Source of the DNA: Balanoglossus misakiensis
Taxonomy: Eukaryota; Animalia; Hemichordata
Length of the DNA: 64,000 nt
Direction: 5' to 3'
NCBI GenBank assembly: GCA_040954595.2
Contig: CM082588.2
Location: 10,276,844 to 10,340,843 of the forward strand
Both the position numbers and the translations under genes were made by a program. Shown in pieces: positions 43,301-52,100 of this stretch. Position 1 is the stretch's first letter, and each line of letters begins with the position of its first letter. The notes under the pieces are model-generated. The model saw only the letters and a list, made by a program, of their open reading frames with translations, was not told where the DNA came from and ran no database searches.

Positions 43301-45228
43301 CGTGATTTTAATTTGACCTTCTCTTTCTCTCGGAATACAGGATTTTGACGCAGAGTTTGCTTGTGTGAGTTTAATTTCACCTTTTCTGTCTCTCGGAATA
43401 CAGGATTTTGACGCAGAGTGTAAATGCGTGATTTCAATTTGACCTTCTCTTTCTCTCGGAATACAGGATTTTGACGCAGAGTTTGCTTGTGTGAGTTTAA
43501 TTTCACCTTCTCTTTCTCTCGGAATGCAGGATTTTGACGCAGAGTGTTAATGCGTGATTTTAATTTGACCTTCTCTTTCTCTCGGAATACAGGATTTTGA
43601 CGCAGAGTTTGCTTGTGTGAGTTTAATTTCACCTTTTCTGTCTCTCGGAATACAGGATTTTGACGCAGAGTGTAAATGCGTGATTTCAATTTGACCTTCT
43701 CTTTCTCTCGGAATACAGGATTTTGACGCAGAGTTTGCTTGTGTGAGTTTAATTTCACCTTCTCTTTCTCTTGGAATGAAGGATTTTGACGCAGGATTTG
43801 TATGTGTGATTGCAATTTTTCCTTTTCTCTCTTTCTATATTGTGGGTTTGCACGTATTGTTCTTTTTTGATATTGTTGAGATAACTTTTCTCTGTCTCTG
43901 TATTCTACATTCTGGCGCAATGTCTTTATATGTGCTTGCACTTTTGACTTTTCTCTCTCTTTGAAGTCAGGATTTTGTCTTTGTGCACATTTCCTCTCCT
44001 TGTCTCTCTTTCTTTCATTGGTTTTAAATGAAGGATCCTGTCTTTTCAACCGTTTGTATTCTCTGTCATATACCTTTCTTGATTTTCTTCTACATGAACC
44101 TGATGGAAGTGCATCAATGGTATTAGAAGTTTGCATACACTGTTTATTAGCTTGTAATTGTTTTTGTGACTCGAAATAGTTGTCTAACAGGTCTGAATGC
44201 CTTTGAGTCCGTTGATACAGTCTCTGAGAAGATGAACTCTCTATATGAATGGTTAATTCTTGAAGTTCATAAGGTGTCATGTTATTGAAGTTAAGGTTAT
44301 GAAATAATGAATACAAATAGTTTGTTAAATCATTTAGAGTCGGAAAACTCAATACCATACTTGAACCGTCAGAACATTGGAAACCATGTGAGTTTCGACT
44401 ATGAGAATCAAATACGAAGTATTTGCCATCTGTTGCAGAAAGGGCCATGCTGTAGCCACCAAGTATTAACATAACTGAGTTACTAGAATTGAACATGTTA
44501 ATCATAGCATCTCTGAACACCATACATCCTTGTTCATCATAGTCAGACATACAGTCTAACATACCAAAGTACAGTCTTCCTTGTGTAATATTGAACTGCA
44601 CAGAATTCATGTGAACAGTATTTGGCAATTCATCACACATTAGTATTTCAGAAAATAATTTATTACTTGCTCTGAGGTCATTTGTGGTTTTAATGTATAA
44701 ATTATCACCAGCATGTAAAATGTGATCTAAGTCATTAGATGTCAATGTCATCTCTCTTTCTTTTGATATGCAAAGGAAAGCAAGGGCATTACAAGTACAT
44801 TGTCTACCTCGTGAATTTATGCTGAAAATATCATTGCCTTGATGAAAACTACCTTGGAGTACACTGTCTATTGTGTAACTTTCCCAGTGTAAAGTGTGAC
44901 TATTGTGAGAGGAGTATAATTCTTGTTTGTCATGTGCATCATTTGCACTGTAGTATACACAAGAGGAATTTTGATTTGACACACTGGTCGAAGAATTCTT
45001 ATTGAAGGTTGTAACTGATTGAGTGGCATTAAAACTTTTGATAATGGTACTTGAAGATGTAGACATATTATTGCTGTATGGTTCTATGCTTGACGATATT
45101 GATGTATTGTTATTGGCATTGCCGTACGAATCTGACTTCTTGAATGTTCCTTGTAGCACAGGGTGTTTTACTTTACTGGATCCACCCAAACCAGAATCAG
45201 ACCCAGCTGATATGATTGGTCCATCAGC
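37375..45228 (-). CDS. Helentron RepHel polyprotein, main exon: herpes tegument-like cysteine protease/DUB, 21-aa repeats, Zn finger, HUH Rep (Y2), PIF1-family helicase, APE-type endonuclease
   Basis: Protease: QGSFHQG..GRQCTCN and FVFDSHSR. Zn finger: CSSC..CNTC. Rep: PTWFCSLS, YRVEFQQRGSPHIH, YIVSYISK. Helicase: GGAGTGKS, DEISM, GDLFQL, QIMRQ, TIHKSQG, YVAISR. Endonuclease: NARSL, ESRL, YKSP, GDFN, DLIF, SDH. The ORF lacks an ATG at its start and has an acceptor tttttaaacag| at 45229/45228. Confidence 0.95.
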   Translation of the reverse strand, partial: ADGPIISAGSDSGLGGSSKVKHPVLQGTFKKSDSYGNANNNTSISSSIEPYSNNMSTSSSTIIKSFNATQSVTTFNKNSSTSVSNQNSSCVYYSANDAHDKQELYSSHNSHTLHWESYTIDSVLQGSFHQGNDIFSINSRGRQCTCNALAFLCISKEREMTLTSNDLDHILHAGDNLYIKTTNDLRASNKLFSEILMCDELPNTVHMNSVQFNITQGRLYFGMLDCMSDYDEQGCMVFRDAMINMFNSSNSVMLILGGYSMALSATDGKYFVFDSHSRNSHGFQCSDGSSMVLSFPTLNDLTNYLYSLFHNLNFNNMTPYELQELTIHIESSSSQRLYQRTQRHSDLLDNYFESQKQLQANKQCMQTSNTIDALPSGSCRRKSRKVYDREYKRLKRQDPSFKTNERKRDKERKCAQRQNPDFKEREKSKVQAHIKTLRQNVEYRDREKLSQQYQKRTIRANPQYRKREKEKLQSHIQILRQNPSFQEKEKVKLNSHKQTLRQNPVFREKEKVKLKSRIYTLRQNPVFRETEKVKLNSHKQTLRQNPVFREKEKVKLKSRINTLRQNPAFREKEKVKLNSHKQTLRQNPVFREKEKVKLKSRIYTLRQNPVFRETEKVKLNSHKQTLRQNPVFREKEKVKLKSRINTLRQNPAFREKEKVKLNSHKQTLRQNPVFREKEKVKLKSRINTLRQNPAFREKEKVKLNSHKQTLRQNPAFREKEKVKLNSHKQTLRQNPAFREKEKVKFKAHIKTLRQNPAFREKEKPKLKEHIKSLRQNSTFRQNEKIQSQARIKTSRKSKTFKEHENKKQQIYRKMKRQDRNFRKKENLQKKFVKCSEKIQTFQIDKKQHVTHNGFSKHRGFETRQLCGESLQACINIFHRTVSQGPVYVCSSCHQTWFRKSVTPAAKLSERGIASKCLTAYTSVDNIEWVCNTCYRSISAGKIPRLSIANNVNFPDIPPQLQLHPLEERLIALRIPFMHMCSLPRGGQRSLSGPVVNIPTDITPTVNALPRMLDDSATIPVKLKRKLMYTRSEFTENIRPNKVMAALVWLMKNSVLYQNSGIPINHKWSQEFENTDNDMAVFIENTNTEQEQADDPESESDSDSDKFSEVDPAEGAVANMDTLLDDSDYRNQILTFASGEGQRPLSLFNDTDAEYLAFPTIFCGQRRNIDQIHTSNVHYSDVCKWELRNVDRRVANSVPNMFFKVKKLQLKQISSKVHLALRRCKTEGRTYKVADLLNPERVSDLLRLDDGFYIFRDLRNSPPYLEKRKKDVFAMIRQLGLPTWFCSLSSADTKWIDLHQILGTLVDGKKYTADELKAMDWATKSRLLQSDPVTCARFFDHRIHEFINTVLRGPCDPLGKITDYFYRVEFQQRGSPHIHMLMWIENAPNYQQNTPTEVIDFIDIYVSCSSNVPSEMAEVLNLQTHKHSKTCRVKGKPVCRFGYPMPPMSETMILSPLNADPDEEQHYKQKYEEIKQKLDDMKEGKPISYDDFLSTELQISHDEYIKCIQSSLKTTTIFLKREPSDLRVNAYMKLLLSAWGANHDLQFVLDPYACAMYIVSYISKSQRGMSALLDQACKEARKGNMELKAQVRHIGNKFLNNVEISAQEAAYIILQLSLTKATRQVVFINTSPPDQRTFLLKSKTALENTPAESTDIESDNLIKRYARRPKALENWCLADYASKLRVTYSTKCTDNYPQDINDGDHDDPDLGVDSESDNMTSKINIILKNGMKIQERVNPCIIRYVNYSKKVDYENYCREKLLLYMPWRNESSDLLNSCATFQESYNHNKHIIAQTIDKYEHNSELIDQATTAAEQLDNDDLNAFDQIAPNTQHAERDDLEEGTTTPNDHFIYFQPDDQPEHTTYDIGVDIGMNTTVTTDDTSNVPGRIPDEQYHKLVRSLNVKQREIFHHVLKSVKTNHDPMHIFITGGAGTGKSVVIRAIYQALHRYLCSIAGESPLDCRLLLCAPTGKAAYHINGSTIHAAFKVPASQGYKYKPLDSDKLNTLRSKYQHLSVVIIDEISMVGHELLNFINLRLQQIKGNNQVFGGVSMITVGDLFQLKPVMDGWIFKDLTKEYGPLATNLWKEHFTMHELTQIMRQKDDEDFAQLLNRLREGRHTDEDISELQNYVISHDQPLNESIPHLYTTNAMVESHNDKVYQNATSHKLVVPALDTVIGDVSQQVKAQLLKTIPKDPSKTCGLLSQAPIAVGLRYDLTANVDVEDGMTNGASCVVQQIDHRMTGTSNNRPSIIWVQFDDKNVGLLRRHKYKHLHQPEIGKQLTPIFDIKRQFPTSKYYKHVSVMRIQFPLRPSAAKTIHKSQGDTLDKVIIHMGTRKIDHIHYVAISRVRTISGLQILELNKNKIAISEAVHNEMKRLRDDSQLQLCFKPLYALPHDHCKVVYQNARSLHKHFADLCSDHNIIAADVIGIAESRLTTNDTNEAYNLPNYLLFRNDQDVHIDNTAVNFTRPYHGLVLYVKDSYQVIHIKCHSTKVFEFIKANILIQNKLLQIIMIYKSPQCTIHTFKQQFQQYLLPLLDLTKPILIMGDFNFDILLPNTSTAFLHFMTSICNCRQLIKEETTDQHSALDLIFLNFFTTTYDTIENSWSDHKAVYAAIHPSQFT
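42890..43800 (-). repeat. 63-bp (21-aa) coding tandem repeat, about 14 units, inside RepHel
   Basis: REKEKVKLNSHKQTLRQNPVF alternates with REKEKVKLKSRI(Y/N)TLRQNP(A/V)F. ggattttgacgcag recurs every 63 bp. Confidence 0.95.
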
Positions 45229-46304
45229 CTGTTTAAAAATAAACAAGATAAGCGACAATTAGAAAATACAGTTACCTTTAATTTCCATCACATGTCCTTA
45301 TTTGACCCCTGATGAGTACTATGACAATGAGAGCCAATGACAGGTCAATTTTGCGTCATATTCAAATTGGTTTTGTGTATATCATGTACATATAAGTACT
45401 ATCACTAGTATTTACATTGCAAATGTGTTCAATTAAGCTTTTGTATAAATTTGTTGTAATTTCAATACATTTTGCAAAATTTAGCTACTTGCATAATATT
45501 TGTATATCACATGTGGACAAAGACATTGCACAAATTAGTAACATGGCTATTGTCACGCCACCTCATCAAAAACTACTAGCGGCACAGGGTTGGCCTGCCA
45601 TAACATTGTCTTACACTCATGTTTCACAATCATTCGAAAGCTCATTGCAACATTGAAATTATATCACCTACAAACCTCACCTTTCTACAAAGTTCCATAT
45701 CAAATAAAACTTTCCCACATAAATCTTTTCCAGTTGAACCTTTTGAAACCACACACTTCACCTGACAAATTTAGTCTGGAAAGTTGAACGTACCCTCTAT
45801 CTACTCTGAAACTACCAAGTTTAAAACAAACTTCAAAACTGGAAAAGGTTTGTGCCTATGACTTTTCCCATATAATTACATTGAGAATACCTAGAAAACT
45901 CACTTCTACTATTTCTATGAAATATTACACATAGCTCAATCAAATAGAAATAAATGCATCCATCAAATATCGTTTGGTCACTGTATTTTTTTTAGATAAA
46001 CTTTACAAGTGTTTCGCCCATAGATACACCCTCACTGAATATGCTGACTCAGCAATTTTCCTCAATTATCAACAAAATTCATGGCCTTGTATTTCAAAAG
46101 CAAACGCAGTGACATGAGAAGCCAATAATCCAAAATTGAAGACATAACGTTACTTTCGATTTTACTGATCATTACGGACTAGCTGCTAAAAGCCTACCCT
46201 GCGACCAAACAGTGACGTTGACCAACTTTCCCCTGCTCAAATGAAGAACTCCTTTTCCTGTTTACAAGTATGTACAATTTTATAGTATGCAAATACACAC
46301 ATAC

Positions 46305-46349
46305 CGATTTTTTCACAGCTGATTTTCTCCAATTCTTTTTCCTTGGCAT
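46305..46349 (-). CDS. Candidate first coding exon of RepHel (MPRKKNWRKSAVKKS)
   Basis: ATG at 46349, donor TCG|gtatgt in phase 0, compatible with the phase-0 acceptor at 45228. The peptide is basic and NLS-like. Confidence 0.45.
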
Positions 46350-47689
46350 AATTCTGACCTTAGTAGCAAAAGACAAGAATGTGATAATATCAATAACAGC
46401 ATTTTAACATCATTGGTTAGACAACTTGAAACTGCCTAGATAATATGCAAGTAAAAGCCTGGCAAAAATGTAACATGTACAATTGCTTAATTTTAACATA
46501 CTCACACAACATATATTTCCATCATTTTTATAGGAGTAATTGAAACTACAACATCAATATGACCATCACATGTTCTAGGACTTCCAAAATAGAGAAACAC
46601 TATGAAAAACTTCAGCTGAAAAATAGAATATGTAATATAATTACCTGCAATTTGATAAAAAGTGATTCTTCAAGAGCTGGTTAAGTCTCTAACTGTTCCA
46701 AAACAATGACAGGAAGTGGCTGCTCATTAGGCTGTTCCTGGCACTGCCACTACTCCCTCACATTGCTGGCAACAGTAGCTTGATACTTTGGGGTTCAAAG
46801 TCAGCAGATAACAGCCAAGAATTTGGAATCCGCAATTACAGCATAGGGTATACTGGCACCGCCTTACGTTGAGAGGTTTGTCAACAATAATATAGTGCAA
46901 TAGTGCAAACAATATGTTTAGATAGCAACAGATCTAAAGTTATTACAATAATGCCAACACATGTTTTGAGCTACTCCTGTGTGTTCTTTCAACTACAGAA
47001 AATCAAGCAGTCTTTCCAATGCTGCTACACCTACATAAGTATGGTGTGTGCTACACTGCCCCAAGGTTATTTCGATACACAAATATAACTGTGACATAAT
47101 CAGCTCATGTACACTCTAGGAGAGATTGCACTTAGGACTGGGTGTATCAGGGAATAGATTACACAAAAACGATGAAACAGAAAGGCAAACAGCTAAAATG
47201 GACAAACCAAAGTGTCCTCATGTAAAGAGTACCTTTCAAAGCACTGGATTTGTTCATAGAGGCAAAACCAGAAATATGCAAATATCCACAGCACAGTACA
47301 ATGTCTTACTTCAGTCACCATAAGAAATATGCCTACAACATGCACAGCAATCTGCCAAGTGGATTCATAGAAACCAATTTTTGGCAAAAAATTGCAAAAA
47401 ATGCACCAAGAACACAATTATGGGAATGTCACCATACTTTCACGACACCTTAACTTGAAATGAATTTTGACCAAATATCCCCAAAATTACAAATATGCAA
47501 ATTATGCAACAAATTGCCCCAAAATGACCTCAATTGCCTTTCAGTATACCAAGCTTCATTCTAAATTTTAAAGCCATTGACCCATAACTTTCAGAAAAAT
47601 TTGTTTTCACCTAAAATATTGACAAAGACGAAAAAATTCATAAAAAATAAAACATCCATGATATCAACTGAACACTTACATGTCGGTCA

Positions 47690-48640
47690 CAGGCTTTTCA
47701 ATTTCAGTCCCAACCCTCCAAACGCGAAGTCTGTACCTGCTCTGGATGCCAAGATATGATAAAGTAGGTCAAAGGTCACCTGAGGTCATGCAAAATTTGG
47801 GCAAGAAATTTTGACCTAATACTGGTCCATGTTCAATAAAAACCAAACCTATAGCCTTATTGGTTAGCCTGGAATTAGGTATGCACATAATTAATGAGAT
47901 ATGCAGGTTTCACAGGTGACCCCCAATTGCGGCTTTTCAATTTTAGTGCCAACCCTCCAAACGCCAAGTCTGTACCTGCTCTGGATGTCAAGATATGGTA
48001 ATGTAGGTCAAAGGTCACCTGAGGTCATGCAAAATTTGGGCAAGAAATTTTGACCCTATACTGGTCCATGTTCAACAAAAACCGAACCTATAGCCTTATT
48101 GGTTAGCCTGGAATTAGGTATGCACATAATTAATGAGATATGCAGGTGTCACAGGTGACCCCCAATTGCGGCTTTTCAATTTTAGTCCCAACCCTCCAAA
48201 CGCCAAGTCTGTGCCTGCTCTGGATGTCAAGATTTGGTAATGTAGGTCAAAGGTCACCTGAGGTCATGCAAAATTTGGGCAAGAAATTTTGACCCTATAC
48301 TGGTCCATGTTCAACAAAAACCGAACCTATAGCCTTATTGGTTAGCCTGGAATTAGGTATGCACATAATTAATGAGATATGCAGGTGTCACAGGTGACCC
48401 CCAATTTCGGCTTTTCAATTTCAGTCCCAACCCTCCAAACGCCAACTCTGTACCTGCTCTGGATGCCGAGATATAGGAAAGTAGGTCAAAGGTCACCTGA
48501 GGTCACCCAAAATTTGGGCAAGAAATTTTGACCCTATACTGGTCCATGTCCCACCAGAACAAAACCTCTAGCCCTATTAGTTAGCCCGGAATTAGGTATG
48601 CACATAATTAATGTGTTAAGCAGGTGTTACAGGTGAGCCC
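47690..48640. repeat. ~239-bp tandem repeat (4 units) near the Helentron 5' end
   Basis: Same unit as in the HINEs. aaccctccaaacg recurs at ~239-bp spacing. Confidence 0.95.
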
Positions 48641-49165
48641 AAAAATTTCCCTTTTATTTTGGCCCCATTGTGCTCACTGACCAATAGACAATCACTGTAC
48701 AGGACTATTGCACAGACCAGAATCCCACAATAAGACGTGGACATAGCTTAACCATAGAGGTATAAGTAAAGGTATAAATTTAATAAAAAGACTAAAAAAT
48801 CTTTAAAAATAAAACATCCATGATATCAACTTAACACTAAAAGGTCGGTGTGAGGTTGACATATGGTACATGCATACCAATTTTCAAAGCAATCTGACCA
48901 GTAATTGTTGACTTACAGAGTTTTGATCAATTCCACATTTTACCAGCTAATTTGCATATTTTTGGGCCTGGCAACTTCGTTTGGACAAACTCCAATCTAC
49001 AGCCCAGCCTGCACCTACACACCAAATATTGAGGTGATACGCGCAGCGGTTTTCAAGTTTTTGATGTGGACGGACATACAGACATACATCCATACATCCA
49101 TACATCCATCCATACATACATACAGACGCAACCCATGGTATATAGGCCTATACCAATGGGACCTA

Positions 49166-52100
49166 AAAAATGACAAATTTTTGACTGCAAAATCTCAAAA
49201 TTTCGTCCATTTTTGAAAAAAAATCATGGGTAAAAATCATCAAAAAATGACAAATTTTCGACTGCAAAATCTCAACATTTCGTCGATTTTTGAAAAAAAT
49301 CATGGGTGAAAATCATCAAAAAATGACAAATTTTCGACTTTGCAAAATCTCAAAATTTCGTCGATTTTTGAAAAAAAATCATAGGTGAAAATCATCAAAA
49401 AATGACAAAATTTTCGAGTTTGCAAAATCACAAAATTTCGTCGATTTTGAAAAAAATCATAGGTTCGTCGATTTTTTTTAAAAAAACATGGGTGAAAATC
49501 ATCAAAAAATGACAAATTTTCGACTTTGCAAAATCTCAAAATTTCATCAATTTTTGAAAAAATCATGGGTGAAAATCATCAAAAAATGACAAAACTTTCG
49601 ACTTTGCAAAATCTCAAAATTTCGTCGATTTTTGAAAAAAAATCATGGTTGAAAATCATCAAAAAATGACAAAATTTTCGAGTTTGCAAAATCACACAAT
49701 TTCGTCGATTTTGAAAAAAATCATGGGTTCGTCGATTTTTTAAAAACAACATTGGTGAAAATCATCAAAAAATGACAAATTTTCGACTTTGCAAAATCTC
49801 AAAATTTCGTCGATTTTTAAAAAAAAATCATGGATGAAAATCATCAACAAATGACAAATTTTCGACTTTGCAAAATCTCAAAATTTCGTCGATTTTTGAA
49901 AAAAATCATGGGTGAAAATCATCAAAAAATGACAAATTTTCGACTTTGCAAAATCTCAACATTTCGTCGATTTTTGAAAAAAATCATAGGTGAAAATCAT
50001 CAAAAAATGACAAATTTTCGACTTTGCAAAAGCTCAAAATTTCGTCCATTTTTGAAAAAAAATCATGGGTAAAAATCATCAAAAAATGACAAATTTTCCA
50101 CTGCAAAATCTCAACATTTCGTCGATTTTTGAAAAAAATCATGGGTGAAAATCATCAAAAAATGACAAATTTTCGACTTTGCAAAATCTCAAAATTTCGT
50201 CGATTTTTGAAAAAAAATCATAGGTGAAAATCATCAAAAAATGACAAAATTTTCGAGTTTGCAAAATCACAAAATTTCGTCGATTTTGAAAAAAATCATA
50301 GGTTCGTCGATTTTTTTTAAAAAAACATGGGTGAAAATCATCAAAAAATGACAAATTTTCGACTTTGCAAAATCTCAAAATTTCGTCGATTTTTGAAAAA
50401 AATCATTGGGGAAAATAATCAAAAAATGACAAATTTTCGACTTTGCAAAATCTCAAAATTTCGTCGATTTTTGAAAAAAATCATTGGGGAAAATCATCAA
50501 AAAATGACAAATTTTCGACTTTGCAAAATCTCAAAATTTCGTCGATTTTTGAAAAAAAATAATGGTTGAAAATCATCAAAAAATGACAAATTTTCGACTT
50601 TGCAAAATCTCAAAATTTCGTCGATTTTTGAAAGAAAATAATGGTTGAAAATCATCAAAAAATGTCAAATTTTCGACTTTGCAAAATCTCAAAATTTCGT
50701 CGATTTTGAAAAAAATCATAGGTTCGTCGATTTTTTTAAAAAAAACATGGGTGAAAATCATCAAAAAATGACAAATTTTCGACTTTGCAAAATCTCAACA
50801 TTTCGTCGATTTTTGAAAAAAATCATAGGTGAAAATCATCAAAAAATGACAAATTTTCGACTTTGCAAAAGCTCAAAATTTCGTCCATTTTTGAAAAAAA
50901 ATCATGGGTAAAAATCATCAAAAAATGACAAATTTTCGACTGCAAAATCTCAACATTTCGTCGATTTTTGAAAAAAATCATGGGTGAAAATCATCAAAAA
51001 ATGACAAATTTTCGACTTTGCAAAATCTCAAAATTTCGTCGATTTTTGAAAAAAAATCATAGGTGAAAATCATCAAAAAATGACAAAATTTTCGAGTTTG
51101 CAAAATCACAAAATTTCGTCGATTTTGAAAAAAATCATAGGTTCGTCGATTTTTTTTAAAAAAACATGGGTGAAAATCATCAAAAAATGACAAATTTTCG
51201 ACTTTGCAAAATCTCAAAATTTCGTCGATTTTTGAAAAAAATCATTGGGGAAAATAATCAAAAAATGACAAATTTTCGACTTTGCAAAATCTCAAAATTT
51301 CGTCGATTTTTGAAAAAAATCATTGGGGAAAATCATCAAAAAATGACAAATTTTCGACTTTGCAAAATCTCAAAATTTCGTCGATTTTTGAAAAAAAATA
51401 ATGGTTGAAAATCATCAAAAAATGACAAATTTTCGACTTTGCAAAATCTCAAAATTTCGTCGATTTTTGAAAGAAAATAATGGTTGAAAATCATCAAAAA
51501 ATGTCAAATTTTCGACTTTGCAAAATCTCAAAATTTCGTCGATTTTGAAAAAAATCATAGGTTCGTCGATTTTTTTAAAAAAAACATGGGTGAAAATCAT
51601 CAAAAAATGACAAATTTTCGACTTTGCAAAATCTCAACATTTCGTCGATTTTTGAAAAAAATCATAGGTGAAAATCATCAAAAAATGACAAATTTTCGAC
51701 TTTGCAAAAGCTCAAAATTTCGTCCATTTTTGAAAAAAAATCATGGGTAAAAATCATCAAAAAATGACAAATTTTCGACTGCAAAATCTCAACATTTCGT
51801 CGATTTTTGAAAAAAATCATGGGTGAAAATCATCAAAAAATGACAAATTTTCGACTTTGCAAAATCTCAAAATTTCGTCGATTTTTGAAAAAAAATCATA
51901 GGTGAAAATCATCAAAAAATGACAAAATTTTCGAGTTTGCAAAATCACAAAATTTCGTCGATTTTGAAAAAAATCATAGGTTCGTCGATTTTTTTTAAAA
52001 AAACATGGGTGAAAATCATCAAAAAATGACAAATTTTCGACTTTGCAAAATCTCAAAATTTCGTCGATTTTTGAAAAAAATCATTGGGGAAAATAATCAA

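Larger units (their letters stand above)
32423..49165 (-). mobile_element. Autonomous Helentron (endonuclease-encoding Helitron)
   Basis: Ends tagcgtcaaggacactgtggtcccattt (32423) and tataggcctataccaatgggaccta (49165) are shared with the HINEs. It encodes Rep, helicase and endonuclease. The satellite monomer is continuous across the insertion, and matching empty sites occur at ~54061-54135 and ~57308-57385. Confidence 0.93.
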
